The notes: generated by a model from the sequence alone, not told the origin. DNA of 60,961 nt, filler included, from Globobulimina sp. (GCA_003354225.1; 16 parts of 16 records of this genome joined end to end with filler, not necessarily neighbours in it); one strand, 5' to 3'; positions 36,293 to 49,525 are shown, counted from the first letter of the whole stretch. A program made the numbers and translations.

Positions 36293-37714
36293 ATGGCCTA
36301 TTCACTATTTATAATGGTAATCAATTGCCTGCTCCGAATAAGCACACCCGCTAATCCAGACGGCGCCATGCTAGTACGATTTCGAAATATCTGTAATTAC
36401 GACATTGTATTATGGTGGCTTACACCTTATGATGATGAGGAGATTCGTTTCTTTGGACATCTCCGACGTAACGGGGGAATGACATCTTTTACATCTTACA
36501 TCAGTCACCGTTTCTTTTGGGCACCGCCAGACAGACAACACGATGTATCCCAACGAAGAGGTTTCTTTCCTATCCAGAAAGATAAAGTTAACTTAATAAT
36601 TTGCATAAAATAATATTTACTTTCATTAATCCGACATATGCAGACATTATACGTCTATGCTGATGAAAAGGACCCAGGCGATCCAAATCTAGTTCGCGCA
36701 GCTTATGACGAGATCGATTTTTTGCATAATTATTACCAAACATATAATCGTCACTGGTTATCCACCTTCAATCGGCCATCACCGGTCACACCATTTATTC
36801 TGATGAATGATGATAATGCCAGAACGAAATGGGTTGACTCGGATTCCTATTTTTGGACATGCTCTCCAACAGAGTCAGACAACAAACAGCAGAATGCAAA
36901 AAAACACAGTGCTTTAGGTAGGATCATATCGCGTGCTTCCAATGGTCAGGCAGCAAACTGCCAGGATGCAAATAATGGGAAAGCGTTAGAATTTATGATT
37001 GAGCAGTTATATAAGGAGGACCCGAGGGTTTACAAAATACGAAATTTCGTGAATGAATATGAGGCTTCGCACATCATTGATATTTCTGAAAATTATATGC
37101 ATCGCAGTACGGTCGGTGATGGTAAGAATCAGCGACAAGATCCAATGAGAACGTGTAGCAACACCTGGCTGTCCATGAATCATACTCGGATTGTTGAGAC
37201 TGTATATCATCGAATCGGGGATGTTTTAGGGATAAATAAATCTAAAATGAATGTCAAGTCGACTGTGATGAATCAAGATGGCATCGTTGAGGGTGTGGCC
37301 AGCCATATGGAAGTTATTCATTTTGGAACTAATGAGCATTATTCGAGACATTATGACAATGCAGTTACTGATCAAGTATATTTGCATATGGTTACTTTTC
37401 AGGTTATATTGAGGACATCGAGTGATTTGAGTGGTGGTCAAACTGCGTTCCCTCATGCCGGCTCTGTGCAAACTCAAAGTCAAAGCAGAGGCAATATAGG
37501 ATTTGAAGTGGAGAGTGAACAGCATTCGGCACTATTTTGGTATAATATATTGCCGGATGGGAATTTGGATGAAACCTCAATGTATTCGAATACAAGAGTT
37601 AATACTGGACAACAATGGATGTTTCATGTCCATATTTGGGATCCTACATTGCCAGTTCATGGTGATCCTAAAATGCCTCATGATGTCATGTATGCAATGC
37701 ACGATGAATTGTAG
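36293..37714 (+). CDS. ER-resident prolyl 4-hydroxylase-like 2OG-Fe(II) oxygenase with N-terminal VHL-like beta domain
   Basis: Intron 36587-36643; PRVYKIRNFV..EASHII; RTCSNTWL; HYD; GGQTAFP; ALFWYNILPDG; C-terminal HDEL. Confidence 0.85.
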
Positions 37715-37962
37715 ACTGTAATAAGTTGAATAAATATCACGATAAGATTGGTACATCTATGTAGATACGCATTGTTAACACTTAATAATTGAAATGAACT
37801 ACGAAGACTAGCTCACTTCAACAAACTCTGAAAATCAAATCTCCGCTCATAGATGACAACTGTTTAGAAAGAATGCGATCACAACGAGACGAAACAATAC
37901 GATGCAGTGACTCGCACCGTATATCGACTAGGCAAAAAATGCGAGGAAGAAATGAATTGAAG

Positions 37963-38081
37963 CCAACCAATGTTGAATTTGCAGGCATTTCGCAGGCATA
38001 TTGCAGCTGCGTATCACTCAATATCCACAGCCATCGACTCATAATTGACGAAAGTACTCATAATACATAACTTTTTCCTTC
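37963..38081 (+). repeat. 119-bp terminal direct repeat, copy 2
   Basis: Identical to 34366-34484. Confidence 0.95.
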
Positions 38082-38181
38082 NNNNNNNNNNNNNNNNNNN
38101 NNNNNNNNNNNNNNNNNNNNNNNNNTTAATTAATTAANNNNNNNNNNNNNNNNNNNNNNNNNNNNNNNNNNNNNNNNNNNN

Positions 38182-40573
38182 ATAATGCGTCTTGTTCCAC
38201 CGAGAAATTTTCTTGTTGTCGCTGACATGTGCCTCCTCCAGCTCCAACTGGGTATTGTGCATACATGTCCTGTCTGACTGGCTCATCTTCCATAATTGCA
38301 TGGATACCCACTGGACGCCTGGTTGCCTGACCCTGTGCTAGCTCTGGATCTGTTTGAGCCGCATTTGTGACCCGTCTTGCCAACCGTTTCCAAATTGGTC
38401 GATCCATGCTATCCAGAAAGCCTTGTACTTTTGACAGATCGTCTCTATTCACTTTGCGTTTGAATTCACGACACATTCGTTCATCTCTGTAATACATGAC
38501 TTCTCCTGGTGGATAAGCTCTGTCAAAATAAACACGAAAAACATTAAGAAATTCATACAGTGACATACTGCCCTGTTGTAGTCTCTCGTAGGCGTCCGCC
38601 AACGCGCCTCGATCGCAGGTTGCATTACCGTATCTTTCACGCAGTTCATCTAAAACCATGTAAGGTCGAAACTTGTCGCCTTTATGTGAATGTATTTGTC
38701 TGTACAAAATCCTAGGCGCGCCTCCCAAAAAATAGAATAAATATTCTTCAAAATAACCACGGTCACCCTGTAATGTACAAACAATGCGCGCTTCTTCAAT
38801 CCACGATTCTAAATTCTGATTTGGTAGACCTTGAAACACAAGTTCAGGTTTGACGCATGTAGCATTGAACTTAGCATTTTTTTTCCCAACAGCTACACGA
38901 TCGGTTTGGTCCCCTTCTGGGTATGGTGTTTGTTTACGGGGTACTTTCGCATTAAAATCGATGTGATTACTTCGACTATTATTTCCAACTTGTGATTGAT
39001 TGAGTGGATCTGGTCGATTTCTAGACCGATCGCGATGTTCGTCACGACTAGGGACCGTAGTATCTCTACTCGAATTATTATCTTGATAGTATGAATTAGT
39101 TTTACCCCTTCCCGATGTTTTATTCCCTTTTGGTTTCTTTGGGGATTCATTTGCGCTGCGTGAATGACACTTACTTGGTTGTGCGCGATAATATTGATTT
39201 GACGCTTTTGATCGATTTCCCTGTGTATCGTCACCACCCGTTTGCCTTGCAGTAGCAGGCAGTAGTTTTTTATGGCCCCCTAAATCAATAGACTTTTGTT
39301 GACTGGAATGGTCGTCACTTTTTACCGTACGATGTGACGTATATATTTTATTCAAAGGGGGAATGTTCTGATCGATCTGAACCTGAGACATTTGTGTTCC
39401 CAACTTACTACATACAGATGGCGCTTTCGCAATTGGTGACGGATCCCGAGTCGTCCTGTATGACAATTGAGTGACTTTGGATGTGTCCTGACCAATTAAA
39501 ATTGGACCCGTTTGACATTGGGGTTTAACCACAGGTTCAGCAACAATACTCACCGATTGATTTCGGAATGATGAATGTGACTGAGGATTTGTCTGAAAAG
39601 ATTGTTGTATTTGTTTATTATCATCAGCAACTAAAGTTTGCACTATTTTCTCTTTAGATTGTAATCTGCTTTTTACTTCCACATTTTCCAACTGTACTCG
39701 ACGCATACGCTCTTGCATCTCTGTGTTACTTTCAGTCAATGCTGTCTGATTTTTCAGCATTCGCGATTGATTGTGCGTCAAAAGACCGACTTCGGAAATC
39801 GCAACATTTTTCTCTCTGCGTAATCTTGCGTTATCGACTGCCCCTTCATCTAATAACTTTTGAAACATTTTATCCGAACTGCCCTGATTCTTTTTTTGAA
39901 TTACTAAATCAGATCGAATTTTAGCTTGTGCGCGTTTTAGTCGTTCGTTTTCTTCGCGCAAATGATCAGCTTCTTTTCGCGCCGCCAATTCGGATGGCGT
40001 GATGATCGATTGCTCTAAATTTTGATTAGCCGATTGGCTACGTGACGAAGCACCCGAACGATTGAATAAACCTGTCCATGCCGCTGGCAATACATTTCTA
40101 AAACCGAGTTTAGTCGAAGTAGCGATTGGTTTCTCTAGTATTACTACTGAGGCTGTTGCTTCGGCGTCATCATCGATTATAATCGGTTCTTGCTGTTGTA
40201 CATTCCGTACAGGTTCGTCCGGTTTTTTTCACGTTTCAAAAATTGGGCTATCGCCTTCTCCCCTTTTAGCGGCGCCATCTCCGAGTGGCGTTTCAGTTCG
40301 CGAAGTATTTTCAATGGGCATTAGTTCGTCTAAATTAACATCATCCAAGCTATTATTGGCTTGTCTTTGAGCCACGTTTTTTGACGCAATTTGCTCGGCT
40401 GATTGCGATAATATTAATGTCTCCGTTGTCTCACGATTACTCACAACTTTTGGCGCACGTTTCCTTTTCGACTGACTCGACATTTCCGATGTAACACTAT
40501 TCGACGATTTGGATGCATTTGCCTGTGCGCGCGTATTTGGACGAGGTAACTGACTACCAGATGCCTCTGACAT
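38182..40573 (-). CDS. gag: Retrotransposon Gag-like protein with one in-frame TGA, 3'-partial
   Basis: FQGLPNQNLESWIEE...FLGGAPRILY...LRERYG...LQQGSMSLYEFLNVFR (Retrotrans_gag-like); the two ORFs are in frame across TGA at 40229-40231. Confidence 0.75.
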
Positions 40574-40676
40574 TACAATTGTCTCCGTCGTCTCGTACTT
40601 GTGGGTAAATGTTCAACAGATTCTACACCCGAGAGTGTGGGAAAGCACAAAGCAACGCAAGTCAACTGCCACCACT

Positions 40677-41843
40677 TATAACAGTATTCCGACCTTAGTT
40701 GTTGTAATGATGAACCAATAAGATCTCGCAAGCTATGCTTCGGACCTGATGTAATGAATGAATACTAACAACAGCCAGCCGGTTTACTGCTATCTGTGTG
40801 CGACGATAGATCTGCGAAGCCGAGAACAATTTATAGTGAAATAATCGAACGGCTCACTTAAACGAAAGCTACTCTAGTTTGCTGCATTATAAAAGGTGTA
40901 CCTTGAATAACGAAAGTTTCTTTTATGACGGCAATATTACTAAAGTAACAATAAAATAATAATGAGCTGTTCAAAAGTTCACGACCCAAGCACAGAACTA
41001 TCGAATAACAATAATAAAATCGTATCGAAAAATGGTCGAAGAGATTCCAGTTCGATTGAGCATGGCAATTCGGCACGACGATGATATGCAAATTTCTTTA
41101 TTGCATAGAAATTTGTCAATATGTCGCAGAGAAGGACGGGCGTCGCAGTAATTAGCATCTATTTTGTCCGGTCGTTTGAGTTGCTACCGTAGTCCTTTCA
41201 TTTTGCCTTGGCATCTATCCTGAACGTCAATTGGTTTTAGGAGATTCGAAAGGTTCGTCTTTTCGTAAATGATGGACTTTGATGACGGACCAATGACTGA
41301 CCTCAGTTTAACCGGGTCGAAATGACGCAAAACGACTTCTGTTGGCTGTCGTTGATAATTCAAAGCATTTGATATTATATGCCTTCCTGCCCTTCCTCTG
41401 GATTTTTGGGTCCTTGCCGTACCTCTGGAATAATGTGTGGTGGTCAACCTATAAATATTATTGATTTGATCAAATTCCTGATTTTTAAATAAAGTAAACT
41501 TGACCTCCACATATGTTACCATTTATTTATTTATTAATGTCTTTAGAAGACATGCCCAATATTTTACAAGATAAGCGCTTATCCTGTAAAATATTAAGCA
41601 TGTAAACTTATTGGTGTTTATAGTTGGTAGCTTTCCGATACGTATTACCGATTGCTGATTCGATGGATTCTTCGGAGATGTTGATCCAAATGCTCTTGCG
41701 TTGTTTGTGCTGAACTTACCCAAGCTACACTTATTTTAGAGTTTTTTTGAACATGTAAGAATAAAAATGAACATGCAAAACATGCAAAACACAACAAAAA
41801 CATTAATTTTACGTTACTTGTAATACTGTAATTGTTGATTACA
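40677..41843 (-). repeat. Putative long terminal repeat (1167 bp)
   Basis: Lies 2 nt from the PPT and 2 nt from the PBS; imperfect inverted termini; only one copy present. Confidence 0.7.
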
Positions 41844-42415
41844 GATCCTTCCCCTCCAAATTAATGGGGGTGGATGATCCTAAACGGCGTACCTTGNNNN
41901 NNNNNNNNNNNNNNNNNNNNNNNNNNNNNNNNNNNNNNNNTTAATTAATTAANNNNNNNNNNNNNNNNNNNNNNNNNNNNNNNNNNNNNNNNNNNNGGAT
42001 GAATGCATTGAAAGGTGAGCCGAATATTAATATTCAAGTGAGTGGTTCCAATGAGATTAATTTAAAACCGCGTTGTGGATAAACTTTATGTAACTTATGC
42101 ATCGTCAAAGTAATTATATACTCATCAAATCAAACAATGAGCTTCTACGACGTGCAAGACTGTTTTTAGAATCTGTGTTGCTGCCATGTTCAAACGCATA
42201 CAATGTGATTAAATTGAAAAGGTACTCTTGCCATTAAATCTTATAAAACAACAAAAAACAAATCGTATTTTTAAATATGCGGAAATCAAAGATTCAAGCG
42301 TTTCGTTAATAAGTTATGATTAAAACAAAAATCCAAAATACCCACACAATTATAATTAAGTCAGAAAGCTAATGTTTAATATAATAGTTAAGTTAATATA
42401 CTTAGCAAATGATAA

Positions 42416-45024
42416 TTAATCACCTCTTATTTTCGCAGCAATCCATCCTAAAAAGCCTGGATTTTCAATATAAAACGCCTTGGCAAAAACAAGTGATTCC
42501 ACCGCCATTAACTTCATCACGATGTTCAATGAAGGTCCAGATGTATCTTTTAATGGATCACCAATGGTATCACCGACAATTGCCGCTTTATGTGCGTCCG
42601 AATTCTTTCCCAACACCTTCTTGCCATCCTTATCCCATAGCTTCCCTTGTTCTACATACTTCTTTGCATTGTCCCAGGCCCCGCCGGTATTACTCGCACT
42701 TATCGCGCCGCACACGCCCGACACCAAAGCGCCGACAAGCACGCCCGCCAACGCCTTGCATCCAAATATAAAGCCGACCACAATCGGCGTGCCCATCACC
42801 AAGGCACCCGGCGGTATCATCTCCTTCAACGAGGCTTCCGTTGAGATCCGAATGCATTGAGAATAATCAGGTTTCACCATACGACCAGTCTCTTCATTTG
42901 GCCGTAGAATGTCGGGATTCTCTTCAAATTCGTGCCGTACATGGACTACCATGTCATGCGCGGCCCGGCCTACGGCGCCCATTGTCATCGCACTAAACCA
43001 ATACGGTATCATTGCACCGACCAATAAGCCCGCAAAGGGAAACGCGTGCAATATATCCACATGGCTGAATTTCTCCAGATTGCGGCTCTGCAAAATGGTC
43101 ATATAACCACTGAACAACGCCAACGACACAAAGGCGGCACTTCCAATGGCAAAGCCTTTGCCAATGGCCGCCGTGGTATTTCCTGCCGCATCTAAACAAT
43201 CGGTGCGTACGCGGACAGATTCGTTCATCGCACTCATCTCTGCGATACCGCCGGCATTGTCTGATATGGGTCCAAATGCGTCAATGGTTAAGCCAATGGA
43301 CAACGTGGATAAGATACCCAACGCAGCCAACGAGACGCCGTAAAAGCCAGCCAATGAATGCGAGACATACGCTGCCACCGCGATACTGCACGCTGGGAAT
43401 ATCACCGATTTGTAGCCCAAGGCCAAGCCCATTATAACATTGGTGGCGGCTCCGGTGCGGCAATTTTCTGCCACGATTTGCGTCGGGCGATGCTGATTCG
43501 ACGTATAATACTCAGTCACATATCCAATGCCTAAGCCCGCCCATAAACCCACGGCCGCACTGAAGAAAATGTAATAATTCTTCACCACCATGGCTTCCTC
43601 CACCATTTCGGAGCCGACGTCGATGACATAGCCGGCAAAATATCTGTTTTCGTATAGATAGCAACGTGTATACAGTAAGTATAACGAAAATATTTTCAAA
43701 GTGTTACTTAACGCTTCTTTCGGCATAAAGACCATCGACACGATAAACAATAGTATCGTTTCGATGATGGTGGAGATCATGATTTGTCCTTTCAATTTCG
43801 GCTCAACGTCTTTCAGCTCCAAATGCTTCACCGTTGTGGCCGCGAATGAGGTGATAAAACAAGCGATGATGCCCGAACAGGATATGACTAGCGGGAAAGA
43901 GACATATCCCCAATGTTGCCAGATGGCGCTTTCATGCTGCACTAATCCGCCCGTTTGGGCCGCAATCACCAACGCAGCACATGACGACTCAGCAAATGAA
44001 CCAAATAAATCCGCCCCCATACCAGCAATATCACCCACATTATCGCCCACATTGTCTGCAATCACGGCTGGATTACGAATATCATCCTCATTCAAATTGT
44101 ATTCCACTTTGCCTACTAAATCTGCGCCGACATCCGCCGCTTTTGTGTATATTCCACCGCCAACGCGGCCAAATAAAGCCACTGAGGAGCCACCTAAACC
44201 ATACCCCGCAATTGTTTCGAATAAAGCGGCCGTCGACGCTTCACCGCCAATGGTAAAGGCATCGTTATAATATAAACGGAATAACATTATTAAGATATAT
44301 AAATTAAATATGCCAAAGGCACACAAGCAAAATCCCTTTTTTTTGTTATGTTTTGTTTGGTTTTGTTATGACAGCAAACGGACATACCATAACAACAGCT
44401 GCTTTGAATGCGGTTTTAAAGCCTAATGCTAAGCTTTTCCGTGCTGATATACTGTTATTTATTGATGTGTTGTGTAGTAATATTGCATGTGTATTGTGTG
44501 TGGAGTGAAAGGATATGACTCAACGCAGTTCGTGCATTAGCAAAGGTGCCAATGACCATTCCAACATAGCCAGCCAAGACCGAAGTGGCGCAACCAACAA
44601 TGAAGGCAATCACAGTAAATACGGCGTCAATCCAAGAGGAGGAGGCGCCCAAAACGATTAGTATAAAAACAGAGAATCCAGCAACAAATATAAGCACTGC
44701 TCTGTATTCTGCAAATAAAAAATCTTGTGCTCCTTGGTATATTAATGAATAAATCTCATAGATTACTGCCAAATTATCTTCTTCATCGATGTTGATGGCT
44801 CGCGTTAATGGTAAATCTATCTGGTCACTGTGTATGTGTATGATGTGTTTGTTTTTGGTTTTGTTTATTTGCGCAATACATGATCAAACGTACCGTTTTT
44901 TGGGATCGATGATAATTTTGGCAGTTTGTTTGTAATATACGTATGAGAATATCCATGCAATGCATGGGCATGCTATGCAAAAAATAAGTGTGTGGTATCC
45001 TTCCCGAATAAAATCATTCGCCAT
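42416..45024 (-). CDS. Membrane H+-translocating inorganic pyrophosphatase, K+-dependent type
   Basis: [44 protein letters not shown] (Ala indicates K+-dependent); [23 protein letters not shown]; about 4 introns including 43644-43712. Confidence 0.97.
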
Positions 45025-45114
45025 ATTAGTTGATTGAGTCGACTATTACAAGCTTATATGTTGTGTAAGTATGCTGTAAGTCAGTGACTAAGTGTTAAAA
45101 AAGTTTTTTTAATC

Positions 45115-45711
45115 ATGAGAATCAAACAGTGTGCATTAATAATATACATCGTATCATGTTGGATGGTAAGAGCTCAAGACGAATTAATTTTTTTTGATGC
45201 CATGACATATTCCATCGATTCTGGATGGTTTTGGACCGGAAATTATTATGGTTCATTTTATAACAGTGCGGTTTGTCCAACGGGGACTCGGTGCACTGCA
45301 TTTTATGGAACAACATCATCGGCTGGTACCTCATTACAAATTAATTTCGCGGGTATTGATAATTTCAATGGTGTATATATTACATACGCAATCAGTGTGG
45401 ATCAGATGAGTTCATCCGGTGTGTATTGTTCGTTACAATATAAATATTCGTCAAGTGCATCATGGCAGACACTTGGATCGCGATATCGAGCAGATGATAG
45501 AGTGAAATATCCCGGACAAACCCGTACAATTCCTAATCATACATCAAATACTTTATATTTTAGATTTTTTGTTGATTCATCCACATCGGGACTCGGTAGA
45601 TGTTTTGTGAATAGTTTTAGTATGTATGGTCAAGTGAATCCTGAAACTCCTACACCACGTCCTACACCACGTCCTACACCTGCACCAACTCGCAATGGTG
45701 AGGAGCCTACA
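45115..45711 (+). CDS. Secreted or surface protein with beta-rich domain and PT repeats, 3'-partial
   Basis: Signal peptide; TPTPRPTPRPTPAPTR at the contig end. Confidence 0.7.
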
Positions 45712-45811
45712 NNNNNNNNNNNNNNNNNNNNNNNNNNNNNNNNNNNNNNNNNNNNTTAATTAATTAANNNNNNNNNNNNNNNNNNNNNNNNNNNNNNNNN
45801 NNNNNNNNNNN

Positions 45812-47403
45812 TTTATCCAAACGTTGTTTAGATTTACGCGACGATGATATCGGAACAATGCAATCATTCACAGAGTGAATTAACAAAAAATACGGTAATA
45901 ATTCACTCATTTGTTTCAATTCACTCTCTGTTTTATCCACATCGTTAATATATTTTGCTGTGATTGCTGTGTATAATTCTTGTATAATAACCGATGGCGA
46001 ATAAAACCCAAAATTAGCAATACCTTTCATACACCGCGCCATTGGTGATACATTTTCAATTCCTCGGTTTGATTCCCACGCATAATGATCTCGTATACAA
46101 TATGGCCCTGATAAACCGCAGTATAATCTCACTCTACGCAACCATTTTGACCTTGTTTTATTGTCAAAAATGAAAAAAACTTTACTTCAAAGTAACTGTC
46201 AAACATCATGGCACATTTTTAACTTTTCTTGGTACGCTTTGAGGATTGCGAGTGCGCTTAGATGCGCACCCGAACTTTGACCAACAATGCAAATATGGTT
46301 TGGATTTATGTTCAACGCAGACGAATATGTTATGCTCCATTTGATTACAGCAGCTATATTGGATAACATATCCTGCACATTTCCATCAGGATAAACCGTA
46401 TATTTTGGATAAATAAATGCAATTTTTGAATGCACAAACGATGAGGCAGCGGCTGCAGAGAATGAAATGTCACAACTGCCCCTATGTAGATGTAATATTA
46501 TATATTTGTGGAACATTAAGCAAAGGTTTTAATATATAAATACCAGGCACCGCCAACCAAGAATATTATCGCCGGTGTGGGTGTACTCATAGTTAATGAC
46601 GCAAATGGCGGTAAAAATATATTTGCATATTGTTTGGCATTCTTTTCATCAAAATGTACATTAAATAATGATATCATATGTCGTGCCTTTGTCTGTGATA
46701 ATTTTATAATGCGATTTACGTCTTGTTTTACAATATTATCATAATGCGCCTGTTTCAGAAAATTCCTTTCCAATCTTTGTTGATTTTCAATTGATTCCAG
46801 ACACTGATTGTTTGCATTGCATATTATGCGTTTTAATGAGTTTACTGAATAGTGATTATATGGCATCTTATTTAGGTCGCAAGCAGGCGATATTCGTTTA
46901 CATTGGTTTAAATATCGCGAGATACGGAAAAAATAACTATTCGCATATCTCAATGTAGCAAATTCTCGAAAACATGTACATATAAATAGATAGACACGAT
47001 ATGGGTCGAAGCGCCCTCTTCCGATTCCGACTGAATAGGAATTGCTATCTTCGCCGTGTGGTGATAGCAATAATACAATGACAAGATATGAATATGAATG
47101 GAATATAATGGCTGGTATGGCACATAAAGTTAGTATTAAATATGATGTTATTGGTAAATAGGATTTGTTTGTTTGGATATAACAATTGAGGTAATACGTC
47201 ATCATGATACAACCAATGATATTCAGTGCAAATGAAGGAATCACAAAATTCTCCATGACTTGTTTTAGAAAATTTCTTATCATTCCACAACATGGTGATT
47301 TAATTTGATTGTTGTTATTATTGGTTGTTAAACGTTTAGGTTTATTTTGGGGGATTGATGGGATAATTGTGCTTGGTTCAGTTGGTTTCTTCTGTGTTGA
47401 CAT
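45812..47403 (-). CDS. Alpha/beta hydrolase, isoprenylcysteine methylesterase (ICME)-like, 3'-partial
   Basis: IIFLVGGAW; VGQSSGAHL (GxSxG); GLSGPY; IHSVNDCIVP across three ORFs separated by probable introns; N-terminal TM segments. Confidence 0.75.
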
Positions 47404-47459
47404 GTTGTGCTGACTGGCTTATTATAAGCTTCACGTTTTTTGACTTATCACTTCTGATC

Positions 47460-48429
47460 ATGGCGTCACATACTATTTATCTTAATTACGACCAAACACC
47501 GTCATATGAAGCTACACCAAACAAAGATTCAATAAGCCAAAAATTGAAAGAATTAAAGCAATTTAGTTCACAATCACAGATATTTTATGACATTGATACA
47601 TTATTTCTTTCATATGCAACAATAAAACGACAATATAATGTCGCATATAAAAATATTCATTCGTGCAAAAGAAAAATAGCTACATCTTTGAAACCAGGTA
47701 CGTATAAACACCCATTCATAACATAACAAGTCTCAGTGTCTCACTTATTCAATTATTCGTCGATCAGAAAATCGAAACAACATAATTAGTTTATCCATGC
47801 GAGAGATATCACAGTATGTAAATATATATTATGTGCACATCTGATATATTATATATATTGTTGCATTGATACAAAACAACAGAGCTATATCACATATGAA
47901 TGATGTTCAAACCAAATTGAATGAATGGATTGAGACGGTATCAGATAAAACAGCTGAAATCCTACATCCTGAACACTATAAAAAAAAGAAACCACCGACA
48001 GTTGGTATGCCAATGCATTCAACAGCATTGATTCGACGCGATACAGCTCCCATTATCAAAGCATTTGATGTTAAAGACACATATAAGCCAAAGGCCACCG
48101 CATATGTTCAATACGAAGCATATGCAAAATCGCATCAAATGCCCCGACATAAAAAAAAGAAAAGAAGAAAGAAAAAATTGTTTGCTGCACAAACTGATGA
48201 TTGTAAAACGCAGGAAAAGGAAAAGGAAAAACGCAATAATAGGCCAAAAGCGACATCATTTTTTACTGTGCGTAAAGAAGAAATTGATAAAATAAAAAGT
48301 ATGAAAAACAGAAAGCCAGCTGCAGTAAATCCAAAACAGAAGAATGATGATTCAGATTTAATGTCATCGCAAGTATCACAAACAAAAGATAGTTCCAATA
48401 TGACTGATCATAAAAATTGTAATCAGTAG
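47460..48429 (+). CDS. Hypothetical basic protein, intron-containing
   Basis: ORFs 47367 and 47866 separated by AT-rich GT-AG segments; Lys-rich tracts. Confidence 0.45.
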
Positions 48430-48946
48430 TATTCCACGTCAAAACCCCCTTATATTTATATTGTAGTCAAAATTAATTTAAATTGTACAATCTTGTTTTT
48501 TCGGTTAAATTGCGTGGCTGTTAGGCTGTACACAAACAGCTCTGAATATATACAACAAAAACAAATTGCAATTTGAAGCAACAAACCCAAACTCAAACAA
48601 ATCAACAAATCTAAAGTTGATGCCTATGGAGAATGATACCATGCTTCTGACAAAGTTACTGGCTTACTGCCTGTCTGTGAGTGGGAGTTGCAAAAGTTGC
48701 GCGCTTTCGCTATGCCATCTTTATACACTACGTTATAAACTTAACAAATGTCATAAGAATTAGAAGGAAAAAAGAAAGTGACGAAACGCACCCAAACCAA
48801 AAAACACCGCCACAAATGATAAAATTATGAAATAAAGAGAAAGCAAATAAATAAAACTCAGGTAAGAGTCATTCATATATTAATTGATTAATCATAATCC
48901 GGATCGACGGTAGCCACCGCAGCACCGCCTCCATTCTCGTGATCGC

Positions 48947-49525
48947 TCACAGAAACTCCGCCATCTTTGAATCCCGGCACAACCGATCGAACATCATATC
49001 AAACGCAATAACGGTGCCACACGCAAGTATAAAAAGGCCCACTCCCAACCAATATGCCTTTCCTTTGACCCCTTCAAAGTCGCCGACTATGATAAAGTAT
49101 CCAATCAATATACAAACTACAAAGAGGTAAAACAGCCCTGCTAAGATCAAAAAAATAATAGGTTTGCACATCTCATTCAACTTTGGCACCAAATAAATCA
49201 CCAAATACAATATCTCGGGTATCAACACTAAGAAATAAAACAACGCCAAAAACGCAGGCCCTGCATTCTCCAGTCCAGCCTTATCAAATTTCGTCGATGT
49301 CACTGCAAAGGAAAAAAAAGCGATCACCGACACCAATATAAATGCTGTATTATAGATCACAACTCTCCATTTCTTGTTATTTAAAATCTTCCTTTTCCAT
49401 AAATCCACGCCTGCAAAGTGCACATAATCGCAATGTCCAATTTGTAATGAAAGCAGACGCAAATTCGCACACAAAATGGACACATACCTGCAAGCACAGC
49501 ATGGAAACCAACCGATGTCTGTTCT
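48947..49525 (-). CDS. Multi-pass membrane protein, 5'-partial
   Basis: Four TM segments; probable intron at about 49411-49488. Confidence 0.55.
   Translation of the reverse strand, partial: RTDIGWFPCCACRYVSILCANLRLLSLQIGHCDYVHFAGVDLWKRKILNNKKWRVVIYNTAFILVSVIAFFSFAVTSTKFDKAGLENAGPAFLALFYFLVLIPEILYLVIYLVPKLNEMCKPIIFLILAGLFYLFVVCILIGYFIIVGDFEGVKGKAYWLGVGLFILACGTVIAFDMMFDRLCRDSKMAEFL

Larger units (their letters stand above)
38182..41896 (-). mobile_element. Ty3/gypsy-like LTR retrotransposon fragment (pol end, PPT, LTR, PBS, gag)
   Basis: PPT GGAGGGGAAGGA (41857-41846), LTR TGTAAT...GTTATA (41843-40677), PBS TGGTGGCAGTTG (40674-40663), then a gag-like ORF. Confidence 0.8.

Noticed and set aside
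37818-38070. Small ORFs in the circular contig as a replication protein
   Set aside because: Short, with no HUH or helicase motifs.
40858-41723. Short ORFs inside the putative LTR
   Set aside because: No recognisable motifs; expected by chance in about 1.2 kb.
42409-44270. Plus-strand ORFs opposite the H+-PPase, and its higher GC as a sign of HGT
   Set aside because: The ORFs are antisense shadows; the gene has host-type introns, and codon bias can explain the GC.
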